Counted from the first letter of the stretch, positions 47,558 through 61,438 are shown. The stretch: DNA of 64,000 nucleotides from Anaeramoeba ignava BMAN (GCA_028826165.1 JAPDFW010000128.1:85220-149219), one strand, 5' to 3'. The notes: generated by a model not told the origin, from the letters alone. Numbers and translations are program-made.

Positions 47558-50500
47558 ATGAGTCAAAATAATTTTACTTCTAATTCTTTAAATTCAAATG
47601 AAATAAAAAATAATTCAAATTCAAATTCAGATTTAAATAAAAATGAAAATAAAAATGAAAATCAAAATCAAAATGAAAATAATGAAAATGAAAATTCTCA
47701 ACCAAAAGTTTATTTAGAAAATAAAATTGAAATGAAACAAAACAATAAATTTTTAGAAGAAATGAAAGAAGTTTCACATGAAAGTTGGAAAATACAAAGC
47801 AGAGTAAATTGAAAGAAAAAATTGAATTTAAGAATTTAAAAATTAAAAATTAAAAATTAAAAATATTTAAAAGAAAAAAACAAAAAGTGCCATTTTGAAT
47901 TTATGTTTAAATATTGGAGTTGATCCTCCTGATGTTGAAAAACCTGATCCTTGTTCAATTCTTGAATGTTGGATAAATCCACTTTCTTTAAATGAACAAA
48001 AAGCACTTTCTGCAATTGGTGATACACTTGAAGAACAATATAAAAGATGGCAATCTAAAGTATAATAATTTAAAAATTATTTATAAAATTAAAATTAAAA
48101 ATTAAAATTAAAATTAAAATTAAAATTAAAATTAAAATTAAAATTCATTTATAAAATTAAAATTAAAATTATTTATAAAATTAAAATTAAAATTAAAATT
48201 AAAATTAAAATTAAAATTAAAAATCAAAATTAAAATTAAAATTAAAATTAAAATCAAAATTAAAATTAAAAATTAAAATTAAATTTAAAATTAAAATCAA
48301 AATTAAAATTATTTATAAAATTATTTATAAAATTAAAATTAAAATTAAAATTCATTTATAAAATTAAAATTAAAATTAAAATTAAAATTAAAATTAAAAT
48401 CAAAATTAAAATTAAAATTAAAATTAAAATTAAAATTAAAATTAAAATTAAAATTAAAATTAAAATTAAAATTAAAATTAAAATTAAAATTAAAATTAAT
48501 ATTAAAAGATTCGATATGAACAATTACTTGATCCATCAGTAGATAACCTTAAAAAAGCATGTATTCAACATCAAAGATTATCCCAAAACGAAAGAATATT
48601 ATTTCATTTCAATGGACATGGAGTACCAAAACCAACAAAAAATCGAGAATTATGGTTTTTCAATCAAAATTACACACAATATATACCAGTATCAATATAC
48701 GAAATATTAACATGGCTTGGGAACTCAGCAATTTTAGTATTAGATTGTGCAAAAGCAGACTTACTTGCACCAGCATTTTTATCAAAAGAAAACACAATTT
48801 TAAATTCAGTTAATAGTGAAGAAGAAAAAGATTACATTTTACTAGCACCATGTCAAAAAAAGCAAGATTTACCAACAAATCCAAGATTCCCAGCTGATCT
48901 ATTCACAAGTTGTTTAACAACACCAATTAAAACCTCACTTCTTTGGCATACTCACTCAAATATCTATTCAAAAACTTTATTGAACAACATTCATGTCGAA
49001 GATCTTGATAAAATTCCTGGACGTTTGATGGAAAGACACTCCCCATTGGGTGAGCTCAACTGGATATTCACATCAATAACTGACATGATAGCTTGGAGTT
49101 CTTTTTCAAATCGTTTATTCAAAAAGTTATATCGAGAGGATCTTCTAGTTGCAGCAATTTTTCGGAATTTTTTACTTGCAGAAAGAATCATGAAATCAAT
49201 GAATTGCACACCATTTTCTATTCCGCAGCTTCCCTCCACAGATCAACATCCGTTGTGGAAAACCTGGGATCTTGCTGTTGATATCTGCATATCTCAGCTA
49301 CCTGAATTCCTGTCAGATTCTTCATATGTTTTTAAATCAAGTACTTTTTTTAGAGATAATGTTATTGGTTTTGAAAATTGGCTTCTTTCAGGTACTCAAG
49401 CTAAATATGGTGTAGATCTTCTCCCAATTCTATTACAATTACTTCTTAGTCAAAGCTATAGAAAACATGCTCTTCATTTAATTGCTAAATTTATGGATCT
49501 TGGTTCTTGGGCTGTTCATAAAGCTTTGACTGTTGGTATTTTTCCTTATATGCTTATGCTTCTTTCTACTCATGAATTGGAAATGAAATTGATTTTGGTT
49601 TCAATTTGGGGAAAGATTTTACTTTTTGATAAAGTACAAATCAAACAAAATTTAATTAAAATTCAAATTAAAATTAAAATTCATTTCGAAATTAAAATTA
49701 AAATTAAAATTCATTTCGAAATTAAAATTCATTTCGAAATTAAAATTAAAATTAAAATCCAAATTAAAATTAAAATTAAAATTAAAATTATAATTAAAAA
49801 TTAAAATTAAAATTAAAATTAAAATTCATTTCGAAATTAAAATTAAAATTAAAATTAAAATTTATAATCAAAATTAAAATTAAAATTAAAATCAAATTTA
49901 AAATCAAAAATTAAAATTAAAATTAAAATTAAAATTAAAATTAAAATTAAAATTAAAATTCATTTTAAAATTAAAATCCAAATTAAAATTTTAAAATTAA
50001 AATGAAAATTAAAATTAAAATTAAAATTAAAATTCAAAATTTATTTGAAAATTTATTTGAAAATTTATTTGAAAATTCATTTGAAAATTAATTGTTAAAA
50101 GTCTTGCCAAGCTGATATTGTAAAAGAAAAAAGTTATATACATTTTATAGACTTATTAGCTTCTTCTGAAATTTCACATGATCATGAATCTGCTGCTGCT
50201 TTCGTTCTTTCTTTAATTCTAGATCATTCTCATGAAGCACAAATAGGTTGTTTAAATTCAAATTTACTTCCAATTTGTTTATCAAAATTGGGAGAAAAAT
50301 CAGAATCTCGAAAATGGTCTTGTTTATGTTTATCAAAATTATTAGAAGGATTTGAAGAAGCAAAAAAACAAGCAGTTGCAGCAGGAATTTCAGATAAATT
50401 ATTCAAATTACTTAAAGATCCAAATCCAATTATTAGAGCTTGTGTAATTTATGGATTATCAAATACAATTAGTGAAAATAATGATCAAGAATCAAGAAAT

Positions 50501-53200
50501 TCAGAAGAATTTAGTATTAGTATTTCATTACTAGGAACAGCAAATGATGGAAGCCCTATTGTTAGAAGAGAATTACTTGTTTTTTTATCAAAATTAATTT
50601 GTCTTCATGAAGGTTGAAATTTGATTTTGATTTCAATTTAAAATATTTTAATTTTAATTTTAATTTTAATTTTAAATAATTTCATTTTAAATAGAAAAAG
50701 TTCAAAAAGTTGCTATGGATATAGATGAAGAATTATCACAATTTAAAACTGAATCTATTGAAGATGAAAACTCAGATCATCATTCTGCAATATTTTCAAT
50801 GTGGTGGAACACTTTAATGCAATTTAGTTCAGATCCTTATGATGAAATCAAAGAATTAGCAGATGATTTTATTAATAAATTAAGAAATCATTGGAAACCA
50901 ATTGAATATATTGATTCAGAAGAAACAGAAAATTCAACATTAAAAAAACAAAAACAAAAACAAACAAGAAAAGGATCATTGAATAAAAATCACAATAGCG
51001 CACTCGGTTTATTAAGAAATCGAAGTGATAAATCCTTATTCGCTGAAGCTGTTGATACCAAAAAACATTCCAAAAGCTTTGCTTTCTCAAATTCACCAAC
51101 TAAAAATAAAATGGCTACACATAAAATATTAAAAGGAATTCAGGATCAAACAATGGAAATGGAAAGTTGTCCATTAAATAAAAATGAAAGCGATGTTTCA
51201 AATTTAAAACCAAGAGGAAGCTCAAAAAACCTTCAAAAAGAATCAAGAAGTAAAATCAGTCAGGAAACAAAAGAAACCGAAAAGGAAGAAAAAATGGTTC
51301 CTTTACAATCAACTCTATTTGATTTGTGTGTTGATTCTTATTCTCCTCCTGAAGATTTTCAAGCAAATAACTCGGTTTCAATCTCAATTTCCATGTCTTT
51401 TCCAATATCTTCGCAAATCTCAGAATCAAACAATCAGCACAAAGCATGGAGAATAAGAGAAATTGAAAAAACAAAAAGATCAATGATCCAAAATGTCAAA
51501 GAATCATCAATCCAAAAAGCAAAAATCCAACTCAACGATCAACGCGCAGTTATTGATAACCAAACAGCAAAGGTTACCTCAGTTGTTTTCCATCCATATG
51601 AATCAATGCTTGTTTGTTCCGATGGTGAAGATGAAATTTTTGTTTGGGATTGGGTCGAAAATTCAGGCAAATTACTTCATCATTTCCATAACGGAAATTC
51701 GGGACAATCAAGAATTTCTTATTTGTCTTTAATGAATGAATTGACTGCAAATCCTTATGTTATTTCTGGAACAACAAACGGAGTCGTGAAAATTTGGAAG
51801 AATTGCTTTATTCAAAACCAAAACAAGAATGAAAATGAAAATGAAAATGAAAATGAGAATTATAATCATCACGAAAAAAATGAAAACCAAAATGAAAATG
51901 AAAATGAAAACCAAAATGAAAATCAAAATCAAGAAATTTTAAATCAAGATATTAACAAATCAAAAGAAAAACCCAGTTTAGTAACAGCATGGGCAATGTT
52001 CCCATCATTTGAGAACAAAGGAAACATTGCAGATTCCAATTCTGTTTTTGATTGGAATCCAAATAATGGAATTGTATCAGGATTTGGAGCAAATCGCATG
52101 ATTCGACTTTGGAATGTTGAAACAGAAAATCAACTACAAACTTTGCCAACAAATAGCGAACGTGGTTTAAGTTGTTTGAATCACGATCCAAAAAATTCTA
52201 ATATTCTATTTGGTGGATCTTATAATGGAAAACTTTTAGTTTATGATATTCGTGTAAAACCTGCTATGTCTCTTGTTCAATGTTTAACTGAGCATAAGAA
52301 TCAAATTATTAATTTTAAAAAGCAATTTGATTCAGAAGAAGTTTTGATTTCTGGTTCTGTTCAAGGTGATGTTAAGTTTTGGGATTTGCGAAAGCCTTAT
52401 GCTTTAAAAACATTAACACCTTATCAAGGTTTGATGACTGCACTTGAGATACATGATTATTGTCCTTTAATTGCTTGGTAATTTTGAATTGATATTTTAA
52501 TATTTAATTTAATATTTATTTTAATATTTAATTTAATATTTATTTTAATATTAATTTTAATATTTATTTTAATATTTAATATTTAATTTAATATTTATTT
52601 TAATATTAATTTTAATATTTATTTTAATATTTATTTTAATATTTATTTTAATATTTATTTTAATATTTATTTTAATATTTATTTTAATATTTATTTTAAT
52701 ATTTATTTTAATATTTATTTTAATATTTATTTTAATATTTAATTTAATATTTATTTTGGAATATTTATTTTAATATTTAATTTAATATTTATTTTGGAAT
52801 ATTTATTTTAATACTTAATTTAATATTTATTTTAATATTTATTTTAATATTTATTTTAATATTTATTTTAATATTTAATTTAATATTTAATTTAATATTT
52901 ATTTTGGAATATTTATTTTAATACTTAATTTAATATTTATTTTAATATTTATTTTAATATTTATTTAGTGGTTCTAATATTTATTTAGTGGTTCATTTTA
53001 ATAATCATTCTAATAATCATTCTGTAAAGATTTTTAATACAAATGGAGATTTATTGAATATTATTGGATATTATGATTCTTTTATTGTTCAAAAACTTGG
53101 AATGGTTCATGCAGTTTCATTTCATCCATATCAAATTTATTTAGCAGCAACAGCAGATTCATTAATTTCTGTTTTTATTCCATCATATTTAAAAAATTAA
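47558..53200 (+). CDS. RPTOR: Raptor/Kog1 (TORC1 subunit), 6 exons
   Basis: LCLNIGVDPPD, LFHFNGHGVPKPT, FPADLFTSCLTTPIK, PLGELNWIFTSITD.IAW, REDLLVAAIFRNFLLAERIM, HEAT and WD40 repeats. Exons 47558-47803, 47874-48059, 48509-49633, 50102-50612, 50695-52477, 52969-53200. Confidence 0.96.
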
Positions 53201-53349
53201 AATAAAAAACAAGAGAAATTTCAATTTTAAATGTTTTTTTTAATTTTAATTTCAATTTCAAATGTTTTTTTTTTTTGACTTTTCCAATTTTTTAATTTTT
53301 CATTTTTTCATTTTTCATTTTTCTAATTCCATTTAAAATAGAAAAAAAA

Positions 53350-55148
53350 ATGAAACAAAATTTGCTAATTTACATAATAGGATTTCTATTTCTATTTCAA
53401 TTAATTCACACACATCCAAAAGTAATAATAAACAACATAACAGCAGAAGAAATCTACAGCAAAACAGAAACAGAAATAGGAGGATTTCGAAGCTACAGTG
53501 GATACATTACAACAAACGAATCATCAGGAGCAAATATGTTCTTTATCTTTGTTCCATCAATGGATGAATCTGCTCCTGTTGAATTGATAATTGCTGGTGG
53601 ACCAGGATGCGCATCTGAACCTAGTCTCTTTTTGACAATTGGTCCTACAATCCTTCAATCTGATGGATCTTTTATTCCAAATCGTTATCCTTGGACTGAT
53701 ATGCTTAATTTGCTTTATATTGATAATCCTGTTGGTGCTGGTTATTCTTATATTGATGATCCTGATGGTAATCCTATTAATGAAACTTTGGTTGCTCAAC
53801 AACTCTATAATGCTTTGTCTGTCTTCTTTGATAAGTTTCAGATTTATAAAAATAATGATTTTTATATTTATGGTGCTAGTTATTGTGGAAAATATATTCC
53901 TGCTATTGGTTATAAGATTATGCAAGAGAATTTTGTAATTCCTTTAAAAGGAGTTGTTATTGGTAATATTAATTTAAATATCAATTTAAATATCAATTTA
54001 AATATTAATTTAAATATTAATTTAAATATAAATTTATATATTAATTTAAATATTAATTTAAATATTAATTTAAATATTAATTTAAATATTAATTTAAATA
54101 TTAATTTATATATTTTATTTAAATATTAATTTAAATATTAATTTAAATATCAATTTATATATCAATTTAAATATTAATTTATATATTTTATTTAAATATT
54201 AATTTAAATATTAATTTAAATATCAATTTATATATCAATTTAAATATTGATTTTTATTTTTAATTTATATATTAGGTGATGGATTAACAGATCCTTATAG
54301 TCAAATGAATTATTCATATTATGCATATGCAACTGGATTAATTGGAGTTAATGAATATCCAACAATTTATGCAAGAGAACTTGAATGTAAAAGTTTAATG
54401 CAAAATGAAAGTTGGTACAACGCAACAACTTGCATGATTTCTATTTGGCAAGATGTTGTTAACATGTCAGGAAATGTGAGTTTGTATGATATAAGAGTAT
54501 ATGGAGAGTATAATATGTCAGTTCTAAACGATTTTATGGAATCAAATTCAACAAAAGAAGCTTTTGGAGTTGATCCTAATACAACTTGGTATAATTGTAA
54601 TGGACCTCCAATTCATTACCTATATGAAGATATGTCTAAATCAGTTAAACCAGAATTTGAAGCTCTTTTGGCTAATGGAACTAAAATTTTATTATTTACT
54701 GGTCAATATGATTTAATAATTGATTTAATGTCAACTCTTGGTTTATTAAATGCTACTAATTGGGAATATATGAATGATTTTAATAACTCAACTCGAATTA
54801 TTTGGAAAGTTGATGGAAAAGTTGCTGGATATACTAAAAATTATAAGAATCTTTGGTATATTACACTTATTGGTGCTGGACATGGAGGGTAATTTTAACA
54901 ATTAAAAATTAAACAATTTAAAAATTCAAAATTAAACAATTAATTCTTTTTTCTTTTAAAACAAAATAGAGTTGTAAAATTTTTTTTAATTTTAAAAAAA
55001 AAAACAAAGAAAATAATTATCAAATTTATATTCTTTTTTAAATTTATTTTATTATAATAAATATAAATAATAATAATAATAGATTGATCAACCCGAAAAT
55101 ACATATGATTTAATGTATCGTTTCATTAACGATCTTCCTTTCGATTAA
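53350..55148 (+). CDS. Serine carboxypeptidase (S10 family), copy 1, 4 exons including a 4-nt microexon
   Basis: Signal peptide; SYSGYI, GGPGCAS, LLYIDNPVGAGYSY, GASYCGKY (Ser), GQYDLI (Asp), GAGH (His). Exons 53350-53962, 54276-54888, 54970-54973, 55083-55148. Confidence 0.92.
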
Positions 55149-55376
55149 AATTCCCTTTTTTTTTCAATTTCAATTACTTTCACTTTTACTTTTAATTTCA
55201 CTTTTACTTTTAATTTCACTTTTACTTTTACTTTTACTTTTTTGATAAAAACGATAATCCAAAATTCAATTCAAAAAATTTTATTTTAAATTTCCAAAAA
55301 ACAAACAAAAAACAAATTAATTACAAAATTTAAAATAATAATTTAAAATATTATTTCTTAATTAATTTAATTTAAT

Positions 55377-55798
55377 TTAGAATTTTACATTATTATTGTT
55401 ATTATTGTTATTATTTTTATTTTGAGAAGATAATCCTTTATATTCATTAATTTCAGATAAAAGTTCTTTATAATGTAAACTTCTTAAAAATCTATAATGA
55501 AGAATTTTATCAGATATTAAACTTGAATGAACAATTTTTAAAGCTTCATAAAAAAGAGTTGCAACTGGATTTTCTCCCATTTGATTTAATTGTGATAAAA
55601 TATTTTGTTGAATTTCTTGAGGAATATTAATTGTATTCTGTGAATCTTCTTTAAGAAAATTATTAATTATATATTCAGCATGAATTTTTGCAATTGAATC
55701 TTCCCATAACAAACAAAATTGTTGATAATTATGAACATGAAACCAGAAAAAATGATTTGCTTTTAATGAAGAATATTTTTCAAGATTTTGTGATTTTA
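55377..55798 (-). pseudogene. Orphan 3' fragment of the RGS-domain gene carried along by tandem duplication
   Basis: Near-identical to 58223-58645; no in-frame ATG upstream (the track ORF begins at a TTG) and homology ends at about 55797. Confidence 0.8.
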
Positions 55799-55897
55799 AA
55801 TGAAATTCGAAATTCCAATTTTTAAGGATTTAATTGCTTCGATATTCCAATTTTTTCATTTTTCATTTTTCTAATTCCATTTAAAATAGAAAAAAAA

Positions 55898-57994
55898 ATG
55901 AAACAAAATTTGCTAATTTACATAATAGGATTTCTATTTCTATTCCAATTAATTCACACACATCCAAAAGTAATAATAAACAACATAACAGCAGAAGAAA
56001 TCTACAGCAAAACAGAAACAAAAATAGGAGGATTTCGAAGCTACAGTGGATACATTACAGCAAACGAATCATCAGGAGCGAATTTATTCTTTATCTTTGT
56101 TCCATCAATGGATGAATCTGCTCCTGTTGAATTGATAATTGCTGGTGGACCAGGATGCGCATCTGAGCATACTCTCTTTTTGACAATTGGTCCTTCAATC
56201 CTTCGATCTGATGGATCTTTTATTCCAAATCGTTATTCTTGGACTAATATGCTTAATTTGCTTTATATTGATAATCCTGTTGGTGCTGGTTATTCTTATA
56301 TTGATGATCCTGATGGTTATCCTATTAATCAAACTTTGGTTTCTCAACAAATTTATAATGCTTTGTCTGTCTTCTTTGATAAGTTTCAGATTTATAAAAA
56401 TAATGATTTTTATATTTATTGTGCTAGTTATTGTGGAAAATATCTTCCTGCTATTGGTTATAAGATTATGCAAGAGAATTTTGTAATTCCTTTAAAAGGA
56501 ATTGCTATTGGTAATATTGATTTAAATATCAATTTATATATTAATTTATATATTTATTTAAGTATTAATTTAAATATTTATTTAAATATTAATTTATATA
56601 TTAATTTATATATTAATTTATATATTTATATATTTATTTATATATTTATTTATATATTTATTTATATATTAATTTATATATTTATTTAAATATTAATTTA
56701 TATATTTATTTAAATATTAATTTAAATATTAATTTATATATTGATTTATATATTAATTTATATATATATATATATTTATTTATATATTTATTTATATTTA
56801 ATTTATATATTAATTTAAATATTAATTTAAATATTAATTTAAATATTTTATAATTTTATATTTATTTTTATATATTTATATATTTATTTAAATATTAATT
56901 TAAATATTAATTTAAATATTTATTTAAATATTAATTTATATATTAATTTAAATATTTTATTTATATATTTATTTATATATTTATTTAAATATCAATTTAA
57001 ATATTAATTTATATATTTTATTTAAATATCAATTTAAATATTAATTTAAATATTAATATATTTTATTTATATATTAATTTAAATATATTAATTTAAATAT
57101 TAATTTAAATATATTGATTTATATATTAGGTGATGGATTAACAGATCCTTATAGTCAAATGAATTATTCATATTATTCATATGCAACTGGATTAATTGGA
57201 GTTAATGAATATCCAATAATTCATGAAAAAGAACTTGAATGTAAAAGTTTAATAAAAAATGAAAGTTGGCACAACGCAACAGCTTGTATGCTTTCTCTCT
57301 GGGATGAAATTGTCAACATGTCAGGAAATGCAAGTATGTATGATATAAGAGTATATGGAGATCCATATAACATGACAGAATTAACTAATTTTATGGAATC
57401 AAATTCAACAAAAGAAGCTTTTGGAGTTGATCCTAATACAACTTGGTATAATTGTAATGGACCTCCAATTCATTATTTATATGACGATATCTCTAAATCA
57501 GTTAAACCAGAATTTGAAGCTCTTTTGGCTAATGGAACTAAAATGTTATTATTTACTGGTCAATATGATTTAATAATTGATTTAATGTCAACTCTTGGTT
57601 TATTAAATGCTACTAATTGGGAATATATGAATGATTTTAATAACTCAACTCGAATTGTTTGGAAAGTTGATGGAAAAGTTGCTGGATATACTAAAAATTA
57701 TAAGAATCTTTGGTATATTACACTTATTGGTGCTGGACATGAAGGGTAATTTTAACAATTAAAAATTAAACAATTTAAAAATTCAAAATTAAACAATTCA
57801 TTCTTTTTTCTTTTAAACAAAATAGAGTTGTAAAATTTTTAATTTTAAAAAAACAAAGAAAATAATTATCAAATTTATATTCTTTTTTAAATTTATTTTA
57901 TTATAATAAATATAAATATTAATAATAGATTGATCAACCCGAAAATACATATGATTTAATGTATCGTTTCATTAACGATCTTCCTTTCGATTAA
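55898..57994 (+). CDS. Serine carboxypeptidase (S10 family), copy 2
   Basis: Tandem paralog; exons 55898-56510, 57130-57745, 57826-57829, 57929-57994; Ser motif CASYCG. Confidence 0.92.
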
Positions 57995-58222
57995 AATTCC
58001 CTTTTTTTTTCAATTTCAATTACTTTCACTTTTACTTTTAATTTCACTTTTACTTTTAATTTCACTTTTACTTTTACTTTTACTTTTTTGATAAAAACGA
58101 TAATCCAAAATTCAATTCAAAAAATTTTATTTTAAATTTCCAAAAAACAAACAAAAAACAAATTAATTACAAAATTTAAAATAATAATTTAAAATAATAT
58201 TTCTTAATTAATTTAATTTAAT

Positions 58223-61200
58223 TTAGAATTTTACATTATTATTGTTATTATTGTTATTATTTTTATTTTGAGAAGATAATCCTTTATATTCATTAATTTC
58301 AGATAAAAGTTCTTTATAATGTAAACTTCTTAAAAATCTATAATGAAGAATTTTATCAGATATTAAACTTGAATGAACAATTTTTAAAGCTTCATCAAAA
58401 AGAGTTGCAACTGGATTTTCTCCCATTTGATTTAATTGTAATAAAATATTTTGTTGAATTTCTTGAGGAATATTAATTGTATTCTGTGAATTTTCTTTAA
58501 GAAAATTATTAATTATATATTCAGCATGAATTTTTGCAATTGAATCTTCCCATAACAAACAAAATTGTTGATAATTATGAACATGAAACCAAAAAAGAAG
58601 TTGATTTGCTTTTAATGAAGAATATTTTTCAAGATTTTGTGATTTTGATTCATAATCTTGTTCATATTCATTAACAGTAAAATTAAGTAAATGTTTTATA
58701 TAAAGATTGATAAAAATTGTAATTTTACAAGTCGAACTGTTTCACTTTCACAATTTTTGCTTTTCATATTATTAAAAATCATGAACAGTTACTGATTCTG
58801 AATGTGATAAAGAATTTCTAAGAATTCTATTTCTATTTCTCTTGTTTCCACTTCCTTGGAAAAATCTTACTAAAGCTACATCTTTTTTGGATTTACTTTT
58901 TGGATTTTCTTTGTTTTTATTTTTAGTTCGATTTTGTTGACTAGTTAAATCAATTTCGTTGTTTTCTTTTTTATTGTGAAATTTTTTTATATCAAAATCG
59001 GATCTATTTTTATTAGAATCAATTTCTAATGAATCAATCATATTTTTAAAATCAAAGGAAACTACTGTTCTTTCAGGAAGAGAATGAGGTGAATGTGAAC
59101 GTTTTTCTTTTGAATTTTGTTTTTCTTTTTCTTTTGATTTTTGTTTTGAATTTTGTTTTTGTTTTTCTTTTTCTTCATTAAATAATGAATTTTTTGGATC
59201 TAAATCAAAATCTGATTCAAATATTTGAGAATTAAATAAGGAATTTATAAATTCTTCTTTAATCATTTCTTGTTTGTTAAATTCTTCATCTGATTCAAAA
59301 GTTGGAAAATAACCTTCAAATTGTGTTGAAATATTTGAATTTGTTTCTTCATTTTTAGGTAAAGAATCATTTTCAGAAAAATCACTTGATTGAATTTCAT
59401 TTTGTTGAGAATTATTTTGATTACTTAATTAAGAAATATTAAAAATGAATGAATAAAGAAAAACAATTTTAATTTTTTAAAATTTGGATTAATTTATTTT
59501 ATATTATTTTATATTTATATTTATATTTATATTTATTCTTACTTATTTGAAGGAGGAGTATTTTTAAAGCCAGGAGAATCAGGAATAACCCAATCATCTT
59601 CATCTTCATCTTCAACTTCAATATTTTCATTTTGAATTAAATTTATATTTTCATTTTGAATTAAATTTATATTTTCATTTTCATTTTGAATATTTTCATT
59701 TTCAATTAAATTTATATTTTCATTTTCATTTTCAACTTCTTCAAGTTCTTGTAAAAGTTTCTCAATCTTTGTTTGATTTTCAATATTCAATTTAGATAAT
59801 CTATCAATCTCAATTTGAAGTTGAGTATCTGATAAATTTTGGAACATATTAACATTAACATTAGCATTTTTATTTTGTTCAATTTTTCTTGGTGTTCCAA
59901 ATAAAAGTTTAGTTTGAAAATCAATTTCTGGTTCCATTTCACCACCACTTCCCAATTCTGTACCTAATCCTAATCTGAATTCTGTTTCTGTTCCTAAATC
60001 AATTTCTGTATCAATATTCTCATCTGTGTCATTTTGAGCTGATTTATTTCCTGTTTGTGATTCTGTTAATGAACGAGAAAGTGAATCGGTTTTTGATTCT
60101 GATTTTGATTCTGATTTTGAATCAACAATATTATCAAATTCAAATAAAACTTCATTTTCTGTAAATTCTCCTTTCTCAAAATCAATATTAGCAAATCTTT
60201 TTTCTAAATTTGCAAATGGTGTATTATTTTCACCATCTGGTTCAAATAATAAATCTAAATTTGCCTCTTTATGTCGATCAATTAATACTTTCAAAATTTC
60301 TTCATTACAATATTTTGTTGCAACATGAAGAACATTTCGTCCTTTTTTTGTTTTCTTTTTTTAAAAAAAAAGATTATAATCCAAAAACAAATAAAAATTA
60401 TAATAAAAATTATAATTATAATTATAATTAAATATTCAATCTAATTTACTTGACTGTAATCAAAATGATATTTTGCTAAATTTTTGATAATTTCAATTTT
60501 CAATTTATGTTGCTGTTCATCAATTTCAATATATTTCATCAATTTTAATGCTGTATGAAAAGCATTTTCTCCTTTAGAATTTTGAATATTTAATAATTTT
60601 GAATTTGCTGATAATCTTCTTAATAAAACTTTTGAATAATAAAAAACATAAATAAAAGCAAACACAATTAAGAATATAAATTAAAAAAATTTTCTTTTTC
60701 TATTTCTAAAATAATTTGGAAAAGAAATACTTTCAACAGAATTATAATTTCTTGATAAAATTGCACAATGTAATGGTGTATTTCCTGTATTTATTGATTT
60801 AATCATAATACTTCTAAGTGGTCTTTTATTTAAATAGTCTGTAAAAATTTCATCATATGGAAAAATAGAGCAAACCCAAGCTATTTTTATATAAATTTTC
60901 AATCATTTTAATTCTCATTTCCTTTTCAAAAATATAAATATTATTTTAATTACGATTTATAAATTCAAAAAAATTTATTAATAATGGAATAAGATGTATT
61001 TTAGCTGAATTTTCAAGAGTTGCTAATCCTTGATTCATTAAAAGATTTTGAACCCAATTTTGAATATTTTCTTTTTGTTAAATTTGATTTATTTTTGAAT
61101 TCTTTTTGTTTTTGAGTTAAATTTTTAATTTAAATTTTTCAATAAATTTTTACTTTTTGAATATCTTTTGCCAGTTTTCGTAATTCAGTAAAACTATGAA

Positions 61201-61438
61201 TTGTATTCCAAGCTGCAAATTTAATAAATATTGTAATTTCATAAAATTTTTCTTTTTGATTTCTTTTTCTTTTTAAATCCTTTTTAAATTGAAAAATTAT
61301 TTTTAAATTTTGTTTTTATTATTTTTCTTTTTATTTATTTACATTTGGGGTTTTTGTTGTAGAATTAACAGTTATATTTATTATTAATGAAAGTATTCTA
61401 AAAATTGAAGGTGGAATTCTCTCAATTTGATCATTCAT
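58223..61438 (-). CDS. Ankyrin-repeat plus RGS-like domain protein (multi-exon; junction near 58690-58790 unresolved)
   Basis: Ankyrin motifs GNTPLHCA, GENAFHTA, GRNVLHVA; acidic linker; RGS-like NQLLFW...AEYIINNFL...TINIP...LFDEAL..V...YRFLRS..Y. Could be two genes. Confidence 0.6.
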
